DNA of 64,000 nucleotides, taken from positions 1 to 64,000 of the IMG/VR virus record IMGVR_UViG_3300033997_000310, one strand, 5' to 3'. The stretch's first letter is position 1. Each line of letters opens with the position of its first letter. Source of the DNA: a virus. The notes under the pieces are model-generated. The model worked only from the letters and a program-made list of their open reading frames with translations. It was not told where the DNA came from and searched no databases. Positions 30,741-40,130 of this stretch are shown one piece after another. The position numbers were made by a program, and so were the translations under genes.

Positions 30741-31519
30741 CCAAGGCAGCCCGCACCAAGGACATTGACCTGCGTCTGTTCATCACGCACCAGCTACTGG
30801 CCTCCGGGATCAAGCGCGAGGACATCCGCCACGAGATTACCCTGGATCAGGCCAGCAGCGATGGCCGCGCCGACATGGTCGTGCTCGATGATCGCTGGCT
30901 GACCGGGATCGAACTGAAGTCGGGCAGCGACAAGCTGGATCGGTGTGCGACGCAGGCGGGCCAGTACGCGGCGCGGTTTGATCAGTCCATCTTGGTGGCT
31001 GATGTTCGTTTGAGGCCGCCAATGGTTGAATATCAGTCGACAGCATGGGATCGCGCTGAAAGGCGAAACGTTGACGTGGTGCGGCAGCGAAACCCGAGCA
31101 ACGATACCGGATTTCCCAGCTTGTATGCGGTCGAGCGCAACGCTGAGACTGGCGCGATTGAGTTTGTGCGTGACCAGAAATGGGGATGCGGCCTCAATGT
31201 AGGCGCGCCATGGCAAGAAAATGCTAAATTGGAGCGCGAGCAACGCCGTGGTCATGCGCCTATCGTGCTTGGCTCCATGATGTCACTGCTTTGGGCGGAT
31301 GAGGTCCGCGCCGTTGCATGTCAACTGGTCGCAGATGGCAAGATACCACCCGCTCCCGGGCCGCAACGCTGCGTCGTCATCCCGCATTTGCAAGAGCGTG
31401 CCAGCGTCGCCATGGTGCGCCCGCTGATCGTGCAGCGGCTCCGCACGCGGCGACTCAACAAATGGGAGGAGGCCTTCTGGCGCACCTTCGACGCACAGGT
31501 CCAGGGGGAAGCGGCATGA
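30737..31519 (+). CDS. sce7726-like PD-(D/E)xK nuclease-fold protein
   Basis: RHE...RADMVV...GIELKSGSDKLDR...Q...Y...FD. Confidence 0.75.
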   Translation: MTKAARTKDIDLRLFITHQLLASGIKREDIRHEITLDQASSDGRADMVVLDDRWLTGIELKSGSDKLDRCATQAGQYAARFDQSILVADVRLRPPMVEYQSTAWDRAERRNVDVVRQRNPSNDTGFPSLYAVERNAETGAIEFVRDQKWGCGLNVGAPWQENAKLEREQRRGHAPIVLGSMMSLLWADEVRAVACQLVADGKIPPAPGPQRCVVIPHLQERASVAMVRPLIVQRLRTRRLNKWEEAFWRTFDAQVQGEAA

Positions 31520-31725
31520 CCGAAGATTCCATCTCCGTAATCCCAGCACCCAGCGGTTGGTCAGTCCGCCGCCGCGGTGCTGCCCGCGCCATCCGGACCT
31601 TCAAGCGAAACGAGCGCGTGCTGGCCATCGTCTTTGCTGCCCGGCTATCGGAGCGGATGAAGCTGGACCTGTACGTCTTTACGACGGACGGGCAGATTGA
31701 GGCGAAGGTGCCGGCCGATGCGTGA
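31516..31725 (+). CDS. DUF2188-like small protein
   Basis: VIP..GWSVRRRGAARA...DGQI. Confidence 0.6.
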   Translation: MTEDSISVIPAPSGWSVRRRGAARAIRTFKRNERVLAIVFAARLSERMKLDLYVFTTDGQIEAKVPADA

Positions 31726-32510
31726 CAAGACGCATCACCCAGAAACCATTCACCGCCTGCGAACGATGCTCGCGGCTTGGTGCGGCGGCCCGCTGTCCGT
31801 GAAGCAGATGGCGCGGCTTACCGGCCTGACCGTCACCCATCCATTCCAGAACGCGGTCATTTCGCTGTACCGTACCGGAGAAATCGAGCGCGTGGCGCGC
31901 GGGGAATATCGGAGGAAGCTGTGAAGGTTGGAGATCGCCTGACCTATGTGGATCCACACCGACCGGACGACGCCACGTCTGGTGAGATCACCGACATCTT
32001 CGACGGGCCGGACGGCCAGCCCGCGTCATGCGTCGTGAAGGGCGATGACGGCCTGTGGCACGCCATCAACCTCACGCTCTGCACCATCAAGGACGGCAAG
32101 GAGGCCCTGCATTGAGCGCCGAAATCATCATCCCTGCCATTCGCCCATCGTGGCAAGACTGGATTGCGCAGACCTTCGGCGCGGCCCCGGCCATCACCTG
32201 CGCCGGAGGCATTGACCGCCGCATGATCGCTGAACGGATGGACAAGGGCGGGCCCTACATCGTGACCCGCTGCGTGTTTATCGTGCGCGGCCGGGCCTGG
32301 TGCTTTGTGCTGGGTGGCGATCTCGACCTGACCGCCGCCTACAACGTGGGTTGCGCGGTTGAGGTGCGCGACCCGCCGGTGGCCATTCAGAGGCGGCTGG
32401 CATCCATGACCGGCTCGCAGCGGGAAGCGAGCCTCATCAACGACGCGCCGTTCCCGTGGCGCTATATCGGCGCCGGGCAGAAGGTGGCGGAACTTGCGAG
32501 GATGAACTAA
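31718..32510 (+). other. Three small genes (31718-31924 wHTH-like, 31921-32115, 32112-32510)
   Basis: Overlapping start/stop codons. Confidence 0.55.
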
Positions 32511-33140
32511 ATGCAAATGCAGTTTAAGGCAGATCATGCCGATGCACTCGATTGGCTTCCGACAATCCAATCCCAATCAGCGAAGATTGTTGTTTTTGAT
32601 CCACCATATGCGGTTGGAACTCCTGTTCGCGGAAAAGAGGATGGGGCCGCTGGCAGTGTGTTTGGTCCACTATCATTTATGTCCAAGGCTCTAACGCAGT
32701 GCAGTCGTATCGTTATGCCTGGAGGTGTCGTTGTAATATTTGCCGATTGGAGAAGAATGCCGGATTTAGCATATGTTGCTACGACTGTTGGCTTGCGTGC
32801 ATCAACATGCATAGCATGGACAAGAAAGCGGCCTGGAACGGGCGGAATGTTTAGATCGGCATGGGACCCAATCCTGATCGCTTCCCGCGGTGTTGCTGAC
32901 GCTATTGATCGTGCGGCGATACGGAATGTAATTGAGGCAGACTACCCAACAAAACGCATTCATCCATATGAGAAGCCAGCAGAAGTCTTCCGGCACATTT
33001 TTCCCAGGATTTCTGTGCCAGGAGACCTTGTGGTTGATCCGTTTGCTGGATCTGGAGTGTCGGCAAGGGTGGCCAGAGAATTGGGGCTAAATTGGATCGG
33101 CTGTGATGTTGATCCACAGTTTGCGCAAGAGGCATCATGA
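32511..33140 (+). CDS. Second N6-A/N4-C DNA methyltransferase (lower GC)
   Basis: DPPY...HPYEKP...DPFAGSG; visibly AT-richer than flanks. Confidence 0.9.
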   Translation: MQMQFKADHADALDWLPTIQSQSAKIVVFDPPYAVGTPVRGKEDGAAGSVFGPLSFMSKALTQCSRIVMPGGVVVIFADWRRMPDLAYVATTVGLRASTCIAWTRKRPGTGGMFRSAWDPILIASRGVADAIDRAAIRNVIEADYPTKRIHPYEKPAEVFRHIFPRISVPGDLVVDPFAGSGVSARVARELGLNWIGCDVDPQFAQEAS

Positions 33141-34412
33141 ACCAGAACGTCCAGGCCACGACGCTGCCCAATGGCGTCACTGTCATCACCGACGAAATGC
33201 CGGGCAGCGGGATCGTGGCCATCAGTTGCGGCGTCGACGTCGGCAGCCGCGACGAATGCGACCGGCTGGCCGGGGCGAGCCACCTGCTGGAACACATGGT
33301 GTTCAAAGGCACGGCGCGCTATGCCGGCTCCGAGATCGCAGACATCATCGAGCGCGATGGCGGCTCGCTGAATGCCTGCACTGGCGAGGAAGGCACCGAA
33401 TACTCCGCCGAGGTGCTGGCGGAACCGGTCCCGGTCGAGAAAGCCATTGCCGTGCTCTCGGACATGATCTTCGCCCCGCGCCTGGATAAGGACGACCTGG
33501 AGATGGAGCGGGAAGTCGTCGTGCGCGAAATCCTGGAGGCGCAGGACGATGCGGATCGTCGCATGCACGATCTCGTAAAGCGATCCATGTTCGACGGCCA
33601 GTCCATTGGCCGCAGCGTCGCCGGCAGCGTCGAGACTGTGCGCGGCATCACCCAGGGCGACCTTCAGCGATTTCACAGCGCCCACTATCGCCCGCACCAC
33701 GTCATCTACTCCCTGGCCGGCGGGATAGACCATGCGACCGCTGTGGCACTGGTGGAGCGCGAGACGCGAAACGCGACCGGCCAGCACCAGATCAAGCGCC
33801 CGCCGGACCGGTTCAATCCGCAGTTCGTCACGGAGCCGGAAGGCCGGGATCAGATCAGCGTCAACGTGTCCTGGCCAGCACCGCACGCCACGCACCCCGA
33901 CTATCAGACGGTATTCACGATCAGTAACTATCTGGCATCGGGCTTCTCCGCGCCGCTGTGGAGGGCGCTGCGTGAAGATCGCAGCCTGTGCTACCACTTC
34001 TCCGCCCGGTATCGGCCGCACAGCGACGCGGGGTTCTTCAGATTCCATGCGCTGACGAGCGACGACTCCCTGGACGAACTGCTGCAGGTGGCTTCCGGCG
34101 AGATCATGGCCATGCTGGAGCGCGTTGATCCAGAGCGCCTGCGTCGCCAGTGCCAAGATGGAGATGTTCGGTCATCTCCAGTCCGCCTATGGCCGGGCCT
34201 ACTACACCGGGTCGCGCTATGCGGAAACCGGTCGCATCGTCACCTGCGCCGACATCATCGCTGACACGGAGGCAGTGACCCAGGACGCCATCCTGCGCGT
34301 GGCAGCCGAGATGTTTACGCAGCGCCCGGCCATGGCAGTGCAGGGGCCCTTCCGGCATGATCAGTATGCCACCGTCGAGGCGGCGTTTGGCGGGTGGAGG
34401 AAAGCGGCGTGA
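33137..34412 (+). CDS. M16 (pitrilysin-family) zinc peptidase with frameshift near 34150
   Basis: TTLPNG, VGSRDE, HLLEHMVFKGT, NACT. The homologous C-terminus (AKMEMF...EAVTQDAILRVAAEMF) is in another frame ending 34412. Confidence 0.85.
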
Positions 34413-34729
34413 CCAGGGTGGAATTCCCCATTCTCAAGCCAGTTGCCGGTGGATCCAAGAGCGTTCCATGGGCGTGGATCGAGCAATATCGGTCTGTCGC
34501 CATGCGCAACCATTATCAGACGCTCGAACGGCTGGCGGAAAGAGGTGGCCTAAGTCCGGGCGAAATATGGTTGCTCATCGCTGGTGTCCGTCCGTCCAGA
34601 ATGCCAAGAGATGTTTCTGCGGTACGTTTTCAGAACGTGATTGACCGGACCATAGAACGCTGGCGTCAAGATGCCAGCAGCGGTGAGCAAGGAGGCGACG
34701 ATGGCCAGCACGAACGAGCAAATTCTTGA
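34409..34729 (+). CDS. Hypothetical phage protein
   Basis: PW...A.RNH.QTLERLAERGGLS.GE motif; GTGA-coupled. Confidence 0.65.
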   Translation: MTRVEFPILKPVAGGSKSVPWAWIEQYRSVAMRNHYQTLERLAERGGLSPGEIWLLIAGVRPSRMPRDVSAVRFQNVIDRTIERWRQDASSGEQGGDDGQHERANS

Positions 34730-35660
34730 AGAGCAGGTAAGGCACTCCATCGGCCTCCAGCGACTGGCCGGCGGCACCGTCAAGGACATCCTGGCCCTGC
34801 TGGCAAAGGTAGACACCGACATCGTTGCCAAGATGCGCGAGTACGAGATCGAGGGCCGCAGCGAGGCCGCCCGACGGCGGCTGCAACGCATGCTGGAGGC
34901 CGTGCGCGAGATCATTCAGGAAGGCCACTCCGAGCTTTACCCGCGCCTGCGTGACGACATGTTCGAGCTGGCCAAGTACGAGGCTGAGTACCAGCAGAAC
35001 CTCTTGAGCAGCACCGTGCCGGTGGCCATTGACGTCATCAAGCCGTCTGTCGAGCAACTGACGGCCATCGTCACGCAGCGCCCGATGCAGGGCCTGCTGC
35101 TGAAGGATTGGGCCGCCGGCCTGGAATCCGACAAGCTGAAGCGCGTGGAGCAGGCCATCAACATCGGGTTTGCGGAAGGCGAGACGATTGACGACATGGT
35201 CCGGCGCGTCCGCGGCACTCGGGCGAAGCAATTTCGGGATGGCGTGCTGGATATCAGCCGGCGGAATGCGGAAGCCGTGGTTAGGACGGCTGTGGCCCAC
35301 ACGGCGCAGTCGGCGCGGGATGACTTGTTCGCGGCGAATGCAGACCTCATCAAGGCGGTGGCCTGGAACAGCACCATTGACAACAGAACCTGCGTCGTCG
35401 CGGGAACGATGGTGATGACGCCAGATGGTGAAACCCCCATCGAAAGCCTCACGCCCGGTGACAAAGTGATCGGAGGATCTGGAGTTATTCGCTCCGTCCT
35501 GCATACCGACACAAAGAAGGTTTCCGAACTGATGAGGGTCAAGCTATCGAACGGCGTCACGATACTGTGCACACCTGATCATATGTTCAGAACCGAATCA
35601 GGAAATTGGCTTCCGGCACATATGATGATGTCTGGTACGAAGTTGTCAGCCAAGCTATAA
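34701..35660 (+). CDS. Minor head protein (Mu gpF/SPP1 gp7) N-extein fused to split intein N-half
   Basis: AGGAGG RBS; AEAVVRTAVAH...WNSTIDNRT, then CVVAGTMV (block A, Cys1 at 35391) and CTPDH (block B), then TAA. Confidence 0.92.
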   Translation: MASTNEQILEEQVRHSIGLQRLAGGTVKDILALLAKVDTDIVAKMREYEIEGRSEAARRRLQRMLEAVREIIQEGHSELYPRLRDDMFELAKYEAEYQQNLLSSTVPVAIDVIKPSVEQLTAIVTQRPMQGLLLKDWAAGLESDKLKRVEQAINIGFAEGETIDDMVRRVRGTRAKQFRDGVLDISRRNAEAVVRTAVAHTAQSARDDLFAANADLIKAVAWNSTIDNRTCVVAGTMVMTPDGETPIESLTPGDKVIGGSGVIRSVLHTDTKKVSELMRVKLSNGVTILCTPDHMFRTESGNWLPAHMMMSGTKLSAKL

Positions 35661-35729
35661 TGGCCGAACCCCCACGGCGCTGGTAACGCCATGGGGGTTC
35701 ATACCAACCACGCTTTGTAGGAGCGAGGA

Positions 35730-36836
35730 ATGGCGGGACAAATAGTATCAATCTGCGCCACATGCGCAAATGAATTTGTCCGGAGTGGCGGCAAATCCGG
35801 GAAATTCTGCTCTGTTGATTGTTACAGGAAATCCCAAAGGTCTGGGGATTATAAGCGCGGCCCAGGTCCATTGAGGACGAGAAGGCCATGCGCGACCTGC
35901 GGTGAAATTACCGTAAGAAACCCTGCCACCGACAGGCACGGAAACAAGTGTGACAAGGTTTTCTGCTCTCGCGCCTGCTATGATCAGCATAGGTCCAATG
36001 CGATCAAGGCCAGAAAAGTAAACTGCGCTCATTGTGGTGTCGCATTCTCCCCAGGATCTGGCAATGGATTTAAGTATTGCTCTCATGAATGCAGGGTTGA
36101 GCACAAGCGTCCAAAGACTGTCATCTGCATAAATTGCGGGTGTGAATTTTGCGCAATAAAGCGCATGAAGAGACCAAATAACAGAATTGAGTTTATTTCT
36201 GTATCAGGCGCAAAAACCTGCTCGAAAGAATGTAATTTGGCGTGGATCAGCAACAATGAAGAGAGAAAGAAAAAGATTGGCGATGCGTTCCGTGGGCCAA
36301 ATCATCCGAACTGGCAGGGCGGGAAATCGTCACTTAACAACGTATCTAAAAGAGGTGCTAGTTGGGAGAAGATAAGGAAAAAGGCACTGAAGAGAGACAG
36401 GCACAAATGCGTTGACTGTGGCATCAGCAACGACCAGTGCATTGAAAAGTTTGGTCGCGGCCTTGATGTAGATCATGTCGTTCCATTCCACAACTTTTCA
36501 AAGTTCAAGGAAGCAAATAGATTATCCAATCTGCAATGCAGATGCAGTTCATGTCACAAGCGCGCCGAAGCCAAGCGAAAAAACGTACAAATGGTGCTAC
36601 CATTCCAGGACAGTGCGAAACGCAGACACAAGGGCGGGCATCGTATGGGCGAAAAGCATCCTAAAGCGAAACTTACATCTGCCCAGGTCATGCAAATCAG
36701 GAAAGAGCACGCTGATGGAGTTTCAGCGCAAGAGCTTTCGCAGAGTTACGGCATCAAAAAGTCAAATGTGCACGCTATAATTAAGGGGAAGACCTGGAAA
36801 TGCCTACCAATATCACCGTCGAACACGCCGAATTGA
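35730..36836 (+). CDS. Free-standing HNH homing endonuclease with four Zn-finger repeats and C-terminal HTH
   Basis: 4x CxxC...(F/Y/T)CSxxC, NHPNWQGG, CVDCG..DVDHVVP..N..NL..C.SCH, GEKHPKAKLT..HTH; low GC. Confidence 0.9.
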   Translation: MAGQIVSICATCANEFVRSGGKSGKFCSVDCYRKSQRSGDYKRGPGPLRTRRPCATCGEITVRNPATDRHGNKCDKVFCSRACYDQHRSNAIKARKVNCAHCGVAFSPGSGNGFKYCSHECRVEHKRPKTVICINCGCEFCAIKRMKRPNNRIEFISVSGAKTCSKECNLAWISNNEERKKKIGDAFRGPNHPNWQGGKSSLNNVSKRGASWEKIRKKALKRDRHKCVDCGISNDQCIEKFGRGLDVDHVVPFHNFSKFKEANRLSNLQCRCSSCHKRAEAKRKNVQMVLPFQDSAKRRHKGGHRMGEKHPKAKLTSAQVMQIRKEHADGVSAQELSQSYGIKKSNVHAIIKGKTWKCLPISPSNTPN

Positions 36837-37336
36837 TAACGCTCGATGAGCCTGTTGATGTTTTCGACATCCAGGTTGATGTTGATGAAAGCTTTGTCTG
36901 TGGCGGCATTGTTCTAAGCAACTCGTCCATTTGCAGGACTCGTGACAGCCTGCAATACACACCTGTGGAGCATAAGCCAATAGGTCACAGCGTTCCCTGG
37001 CTCCAAGGCCCGGGTCGGTCTCACTGGAATTGCCGATCCAGCAGCGTCCCGATCACCAAGTCATGGCGCGAACTCGGCATAGACGAAGACGAATTGCCGA
37101 TCACCACGCGCGCCTCAATGGACGGCCAAGTGCCAGCCGACATGACCTACAGCGACTGGCTCAAAAAGCAGCCGCGCTCCGTGGTTGACGAAATCCTGGG
37201 TGAGAAAAAGGCCAAGCTGTTCCTCGACGGCGGCGTCACCCTGGATCGGTTCGAGGATCGCGCCGGGAATGAACTCTCGCTCAAGGAATTGCGCGCCCGC
37301 GAGGCTGAAGCCTTCCGCAAAGTCGGCCTGTCCTGA
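36800..37336 (+). CDS. Split intein C-half fused to minor head protein C-extein
   Basis: 41-aa IntC ending VFDIQV..ESFVCGGIVLSN, +1 Ser, then SICR...HWNCRS...RASMDGQVP...TYSDWL (gpF C-terminus). Confidence 0.92.
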   Translation: MPTNITVEHAELITLDEPVDVFDIQVDVDESFVCGGIVLSNSSICRTRDSLQYTPVEHKPIGHSVPWLQGPGRSHWNCRSSSVPITKSWRELGIDEDELPITTRASMDGQVPADMTYSDWLKKQPRSVVDEILGEKKAKLFLDGGVTLDRFEDRAGNELSLKELRAREAEAFRKVGLS

Positions 37337-37409
37337 AAGCGCGCGTTTTTGGACAAGACAGAGCAATGGATTTCTTCCATGGTTGGTTCATCAACCACGG
37401 GAGATTTCC

Positions 37410-37703
37410 ATGCTCAATCGCATCGCCGCCTGCATCATTGCCGTCACCATCGCCGGGCCCGCCCTGGCACAGAGCGTCCAGCCGGTCACCAGCATCGGGA
37501 TCAACCAAGTCGTGGCCCCGCTGGACATGGAGACGGCCCGCCAGCTCGTGACCTACGTGCGCCTGAATGGCCTGCAATGCCGCGTGCCGGACATGATCCG
37601 GCGCTGCCTGCTGGAAAGGTGCTTTGAGGTCAGATGCGATCTGCAGTGGACTTATACACTCCGCGCTACGCCCACGGGCGGGATCAGCATCCAGGCTGAG
37701 TGA
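37410..37703 (+). CDS. Secreted/periplasmic protein
   Basis: Signal peptide ending ALA; operator at 37366-37380 upstream (moron-like). Confidence 0.65.
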   Translation: MLNRIAACIIAVTIAGPALAQSVQPVTSIGINQVVAPLDMETARQLVTYVRLNGLQCRVPDMIRRCLLERCFEVRCDLQWTYTLRATPTGGISIQAE

Positions 37704-37857
37704 TCGCGGCGCCGTCAAATATGGACGCAGCGCCCACACTGTCTGAACAATGTGTTGTTGCGATATGTGCAGTGCGCGGTTAATGGCATTAAACCGCAGG
37801 CATTGTCCATATAAACCGGCGGTGATTTGGTTTATTCAGTCACCACCGGTCAGGCTA

Positions 37858-38385
37858 TCAGGCGGCCAAATCAAGGTTAACGTATTCGCTCCACTGAGCC
37901 ACGGCGGCTTGCCGATAGGCTTCAGCGGCATCATTGATGTCGGAAAAACAGCCAAGCTCTTTGACGCGCTTACCAATTGTAATTTGTGCGCGCCATTTAC
38001 CACTCTTTTTGTGCCAGCTAACGCCTTTGATCCCTGATTTATTTCTACTGCTTAACGTCTTATTTACCTCATTCTCTGCCCTGGACGCTGGACGAAGATT
38101 TGACCAAGCGTTGTTGCTGGGGTTACGGTCCTTATGATCAATTTCATATGGGCACGATCCAGTCATCCAGACGAAGGCCAATCTATGGGCCGAATACATC
38201 GCATCACCAATACCGATAAGCCGATAGCCGTCCGGCCTGTTATACCCGGCCACGTCGCCAGCGCTGACACGTCGACCATTGCCAGCCAGCCACCGGAACA
38301 TTCCTGTATCTGGATCGTAATGCATCAGTTTCCGCAAGTGCTCTTGCGTAGGAAGCTGGGCAGGCGTATTTCTGCGCTTAGTCAT
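37858..38385 (-). CDS. HNH-AP2 homing endonuclease
   Basis: YDPDTG, AHRLAF, IDHKDRNPSNNAWSNLR, NKSGIKGV; own promoter TTGATG-17-CACAAT (38481-38453). Confidence 0.92.
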   Translation of the reverse strand: MTKRRNTPAQLPTQEHLRKLMHYDPDTGMFRWLAGNGRRVSAGDVAGYNRPDGYRLIGIGDAMYSAHRLAFVWMTGSCPYEIDHKDRNPSNNAWSNLRPASRAENEVNKTLSSRNKSGIKGVSWHKKSGKWRAQITIGKRVKELGCFSDINDAAEAYRQAAVAQWSEYVNLDLAA

Positions 38386-38507
38386 TTGCGGCTCCTATAA
38401 GCCCGGTGATCAGAAAGGCCGGACACCGCAGCAACGGTTCCGGCCTTTCGCCATTGTGCCACATGCACATAGCATCATCAACACCACGAACGAACTTACC
38501 TGCTTCT

Positions 38508-39401
38508 CTACAGCCGATAAGCCCTATCGCTGAACTTGTCCTTGCCTCCGATGCTCACCACCTGCGCACGGCACCGGCTGGCAGCCAGGAACGCTGACTC
38601 GGCCTCAGCAGCTTCAGCGGTTGTCATATCTCGGAACCACGCCTTGGGCCTTCCCGCCTCACCAGCAGACCAGCGATATCCGCGAGCCTTCAGCGCATCC
38701 TTCATCTCAAACGGGGAATGCACCGACCACACCCGATAGGAAGGCCGCCGGGCTGCGTCCAGCAGCGCCTGCATCACCGGACGGCCCGAGACGGGTAGCG
38801 TCTGCGCCAACGCATGCACGACCGCCTGGCAGTCGTTCCCGGCCCGGTGCGCATCGAAGAAAAAACCCAACCGATAGGCGATGAAGGCCAGCTTCTGCGA
38901 CTCGATGCCTTCCGCTTTCCAATCCACATCGCTGACGCTGCATGACCAGTGCTTGGCTGCGAAGCATGGAAAGCGCCGCTCTACCTTAGGCCTGTCGAAA
39001 TCGGCGTTGTGGGCGATCACCAGATCGGCGGCGGCGCACAGCGATTCCACCAAGCAGTCATCGAACCCCAGACCGCGCACCATATCGTCCGTGATGCCGG
39101 TGATGGAGACGATTTCCGGCGACAGTGGCACGCCTGGATCCTCGAACATTGATAGCGGCGTGCCCACCTCAAAGATGCGACCCGTCGTCGGACAGAACGA
39201 AAAGGGCAGGGCGCCGAACTCGATGATGGAGGCGTTTTCCTCCAGGCCGGTGGTCTCGGTGTCGATCACGAGGCCGGTCTTGAACGGTTCGCCGTCGCCG
39301 CGCTCGTGATAGCGGTCAACAGGCCGGAACCGGCGGACGACGCGGAAGTCGCCGGTCTGTTCCAGAAGGTCGATGCACTGCGGGATCGTGATGCTGGTCA
39401 T
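38508..39401 (-). CDS. DEDDh 3'-5' exonuclease (DnaQ-like)
   Basis: IDTETTG, AHNADFD, HRAGNDC. Confidence 0.92.
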   Translation of the reverse strand: MTSITIPQCIDLLEQTGDFRVVRRFRPVDRYHERGDGEPFKTGLVIDTETTGLEENASIIEFGALPFSFCPTTGRIFEVGTPLSMFEDPGVPLSPEIVSITGITDDMVRGLGFDDCLVESLCAAADLVIAHNADFDRPKVERRFPCFAAKHWSCSVSDVDWKAEGIESQKLAFIAYRLGFFFDAHRAGNDCQAVVHALAQTLPVSGRPVMQALLDAARRPSYRVWSVHSPFEMKDALKARGYRWSAGEAGRPKAWFRDMTTAEAAEAESAFLAASRCRAQVVSIGGKDKFSDRAYRL

Positions 39402-39743
39402 GAGTCTTGATATCCCTGCCACTTGCCCTGTTCCCAGGCGCGAAATTGCGATTCCGAATAGCCGCTCGGAATTTTTGGCGATTGCCCGTCGCCAAGCTCA
39501 TGGTTCGTCGCTTGGCGATACCCATTCCAGAACGCCTCGTGTTCAGGGCTTCCGTGTTCGTAGTCCATCGCTGGTGTCCTTGATTTGATCCCATGCATCT
39601 TGCCACGACACCTCGCCGCGCCTGACCTCGCATGGTTGTTCGATATCGCCGCCGCTGAAACAGCCGGCCCCAGCATGAGAGGCAATATAGAGCGGGCAGT
39701 GGTGCATTTCAGCGTGTGGGCAGCCAATGGCCATGACTAATCC

Positions 39744-40130
39744 TCAGAATGCCGGCGCTTCGCCATTGGCGATGGCAAGCAGGGTTTCCGCGTGGCACGG
39801 AAGGCCGGGGGCGCACCAGCAGGCCAGATCGCGCCCGCGAAGATGCTTCCACACGTCGGCCGGTGTCGGAACCGGATCAATCATACGCGAGTGGTGGGGG
39901 CCGGGCGTGGTGAGATCCAGCCGATACAGCTCCACGGCCTTGGCATTGGCTTCCGCCTTGCTGGTGAATGGCCCATGGTGGCCGCTGCTGGATACCCACC
40001 ATGTCCCATCCCAGACATCTCGCCAGACCTTCCACGGGTTTCCCCATCGGCTGCCCCGCCCGACATAGATCGCATCTTCCGGCATCTGCCAACCCTTGGT
40101 GCGGCGACGCTGTATGCGTTTAGGCTGCAT
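39744..40130 (-). CDS. DUF4326 protein
   Basis: YVGRGSRWGNP...LRGRDLACWC...CHAETL. Confidence 0.85.
   Translation of the reverse strand: MQPKRIQRRRTKGWQMPEDAIYVGRGSRWGNPWKVWRDVWDGTWWVSSSGHHGPFTSKAEANAKAVELYRLDLTTPGPHHSRMIDPVPTPADVWKHLRGRDLACWCAPGLPCHAETLLAIANGEAPAF

Noticed and set aside
35661-36799. Group I intron, or a contiguous intein broken by sequencing errors, as the cause of the gpF interruption
   Set aside because: Only 69 non-coding nt lie between IntN and the HNH gene, too few for a ribozyme core. They contain a -10 box, hairpin and RBS, and IntC has its own ATG, as expected for separate genes.
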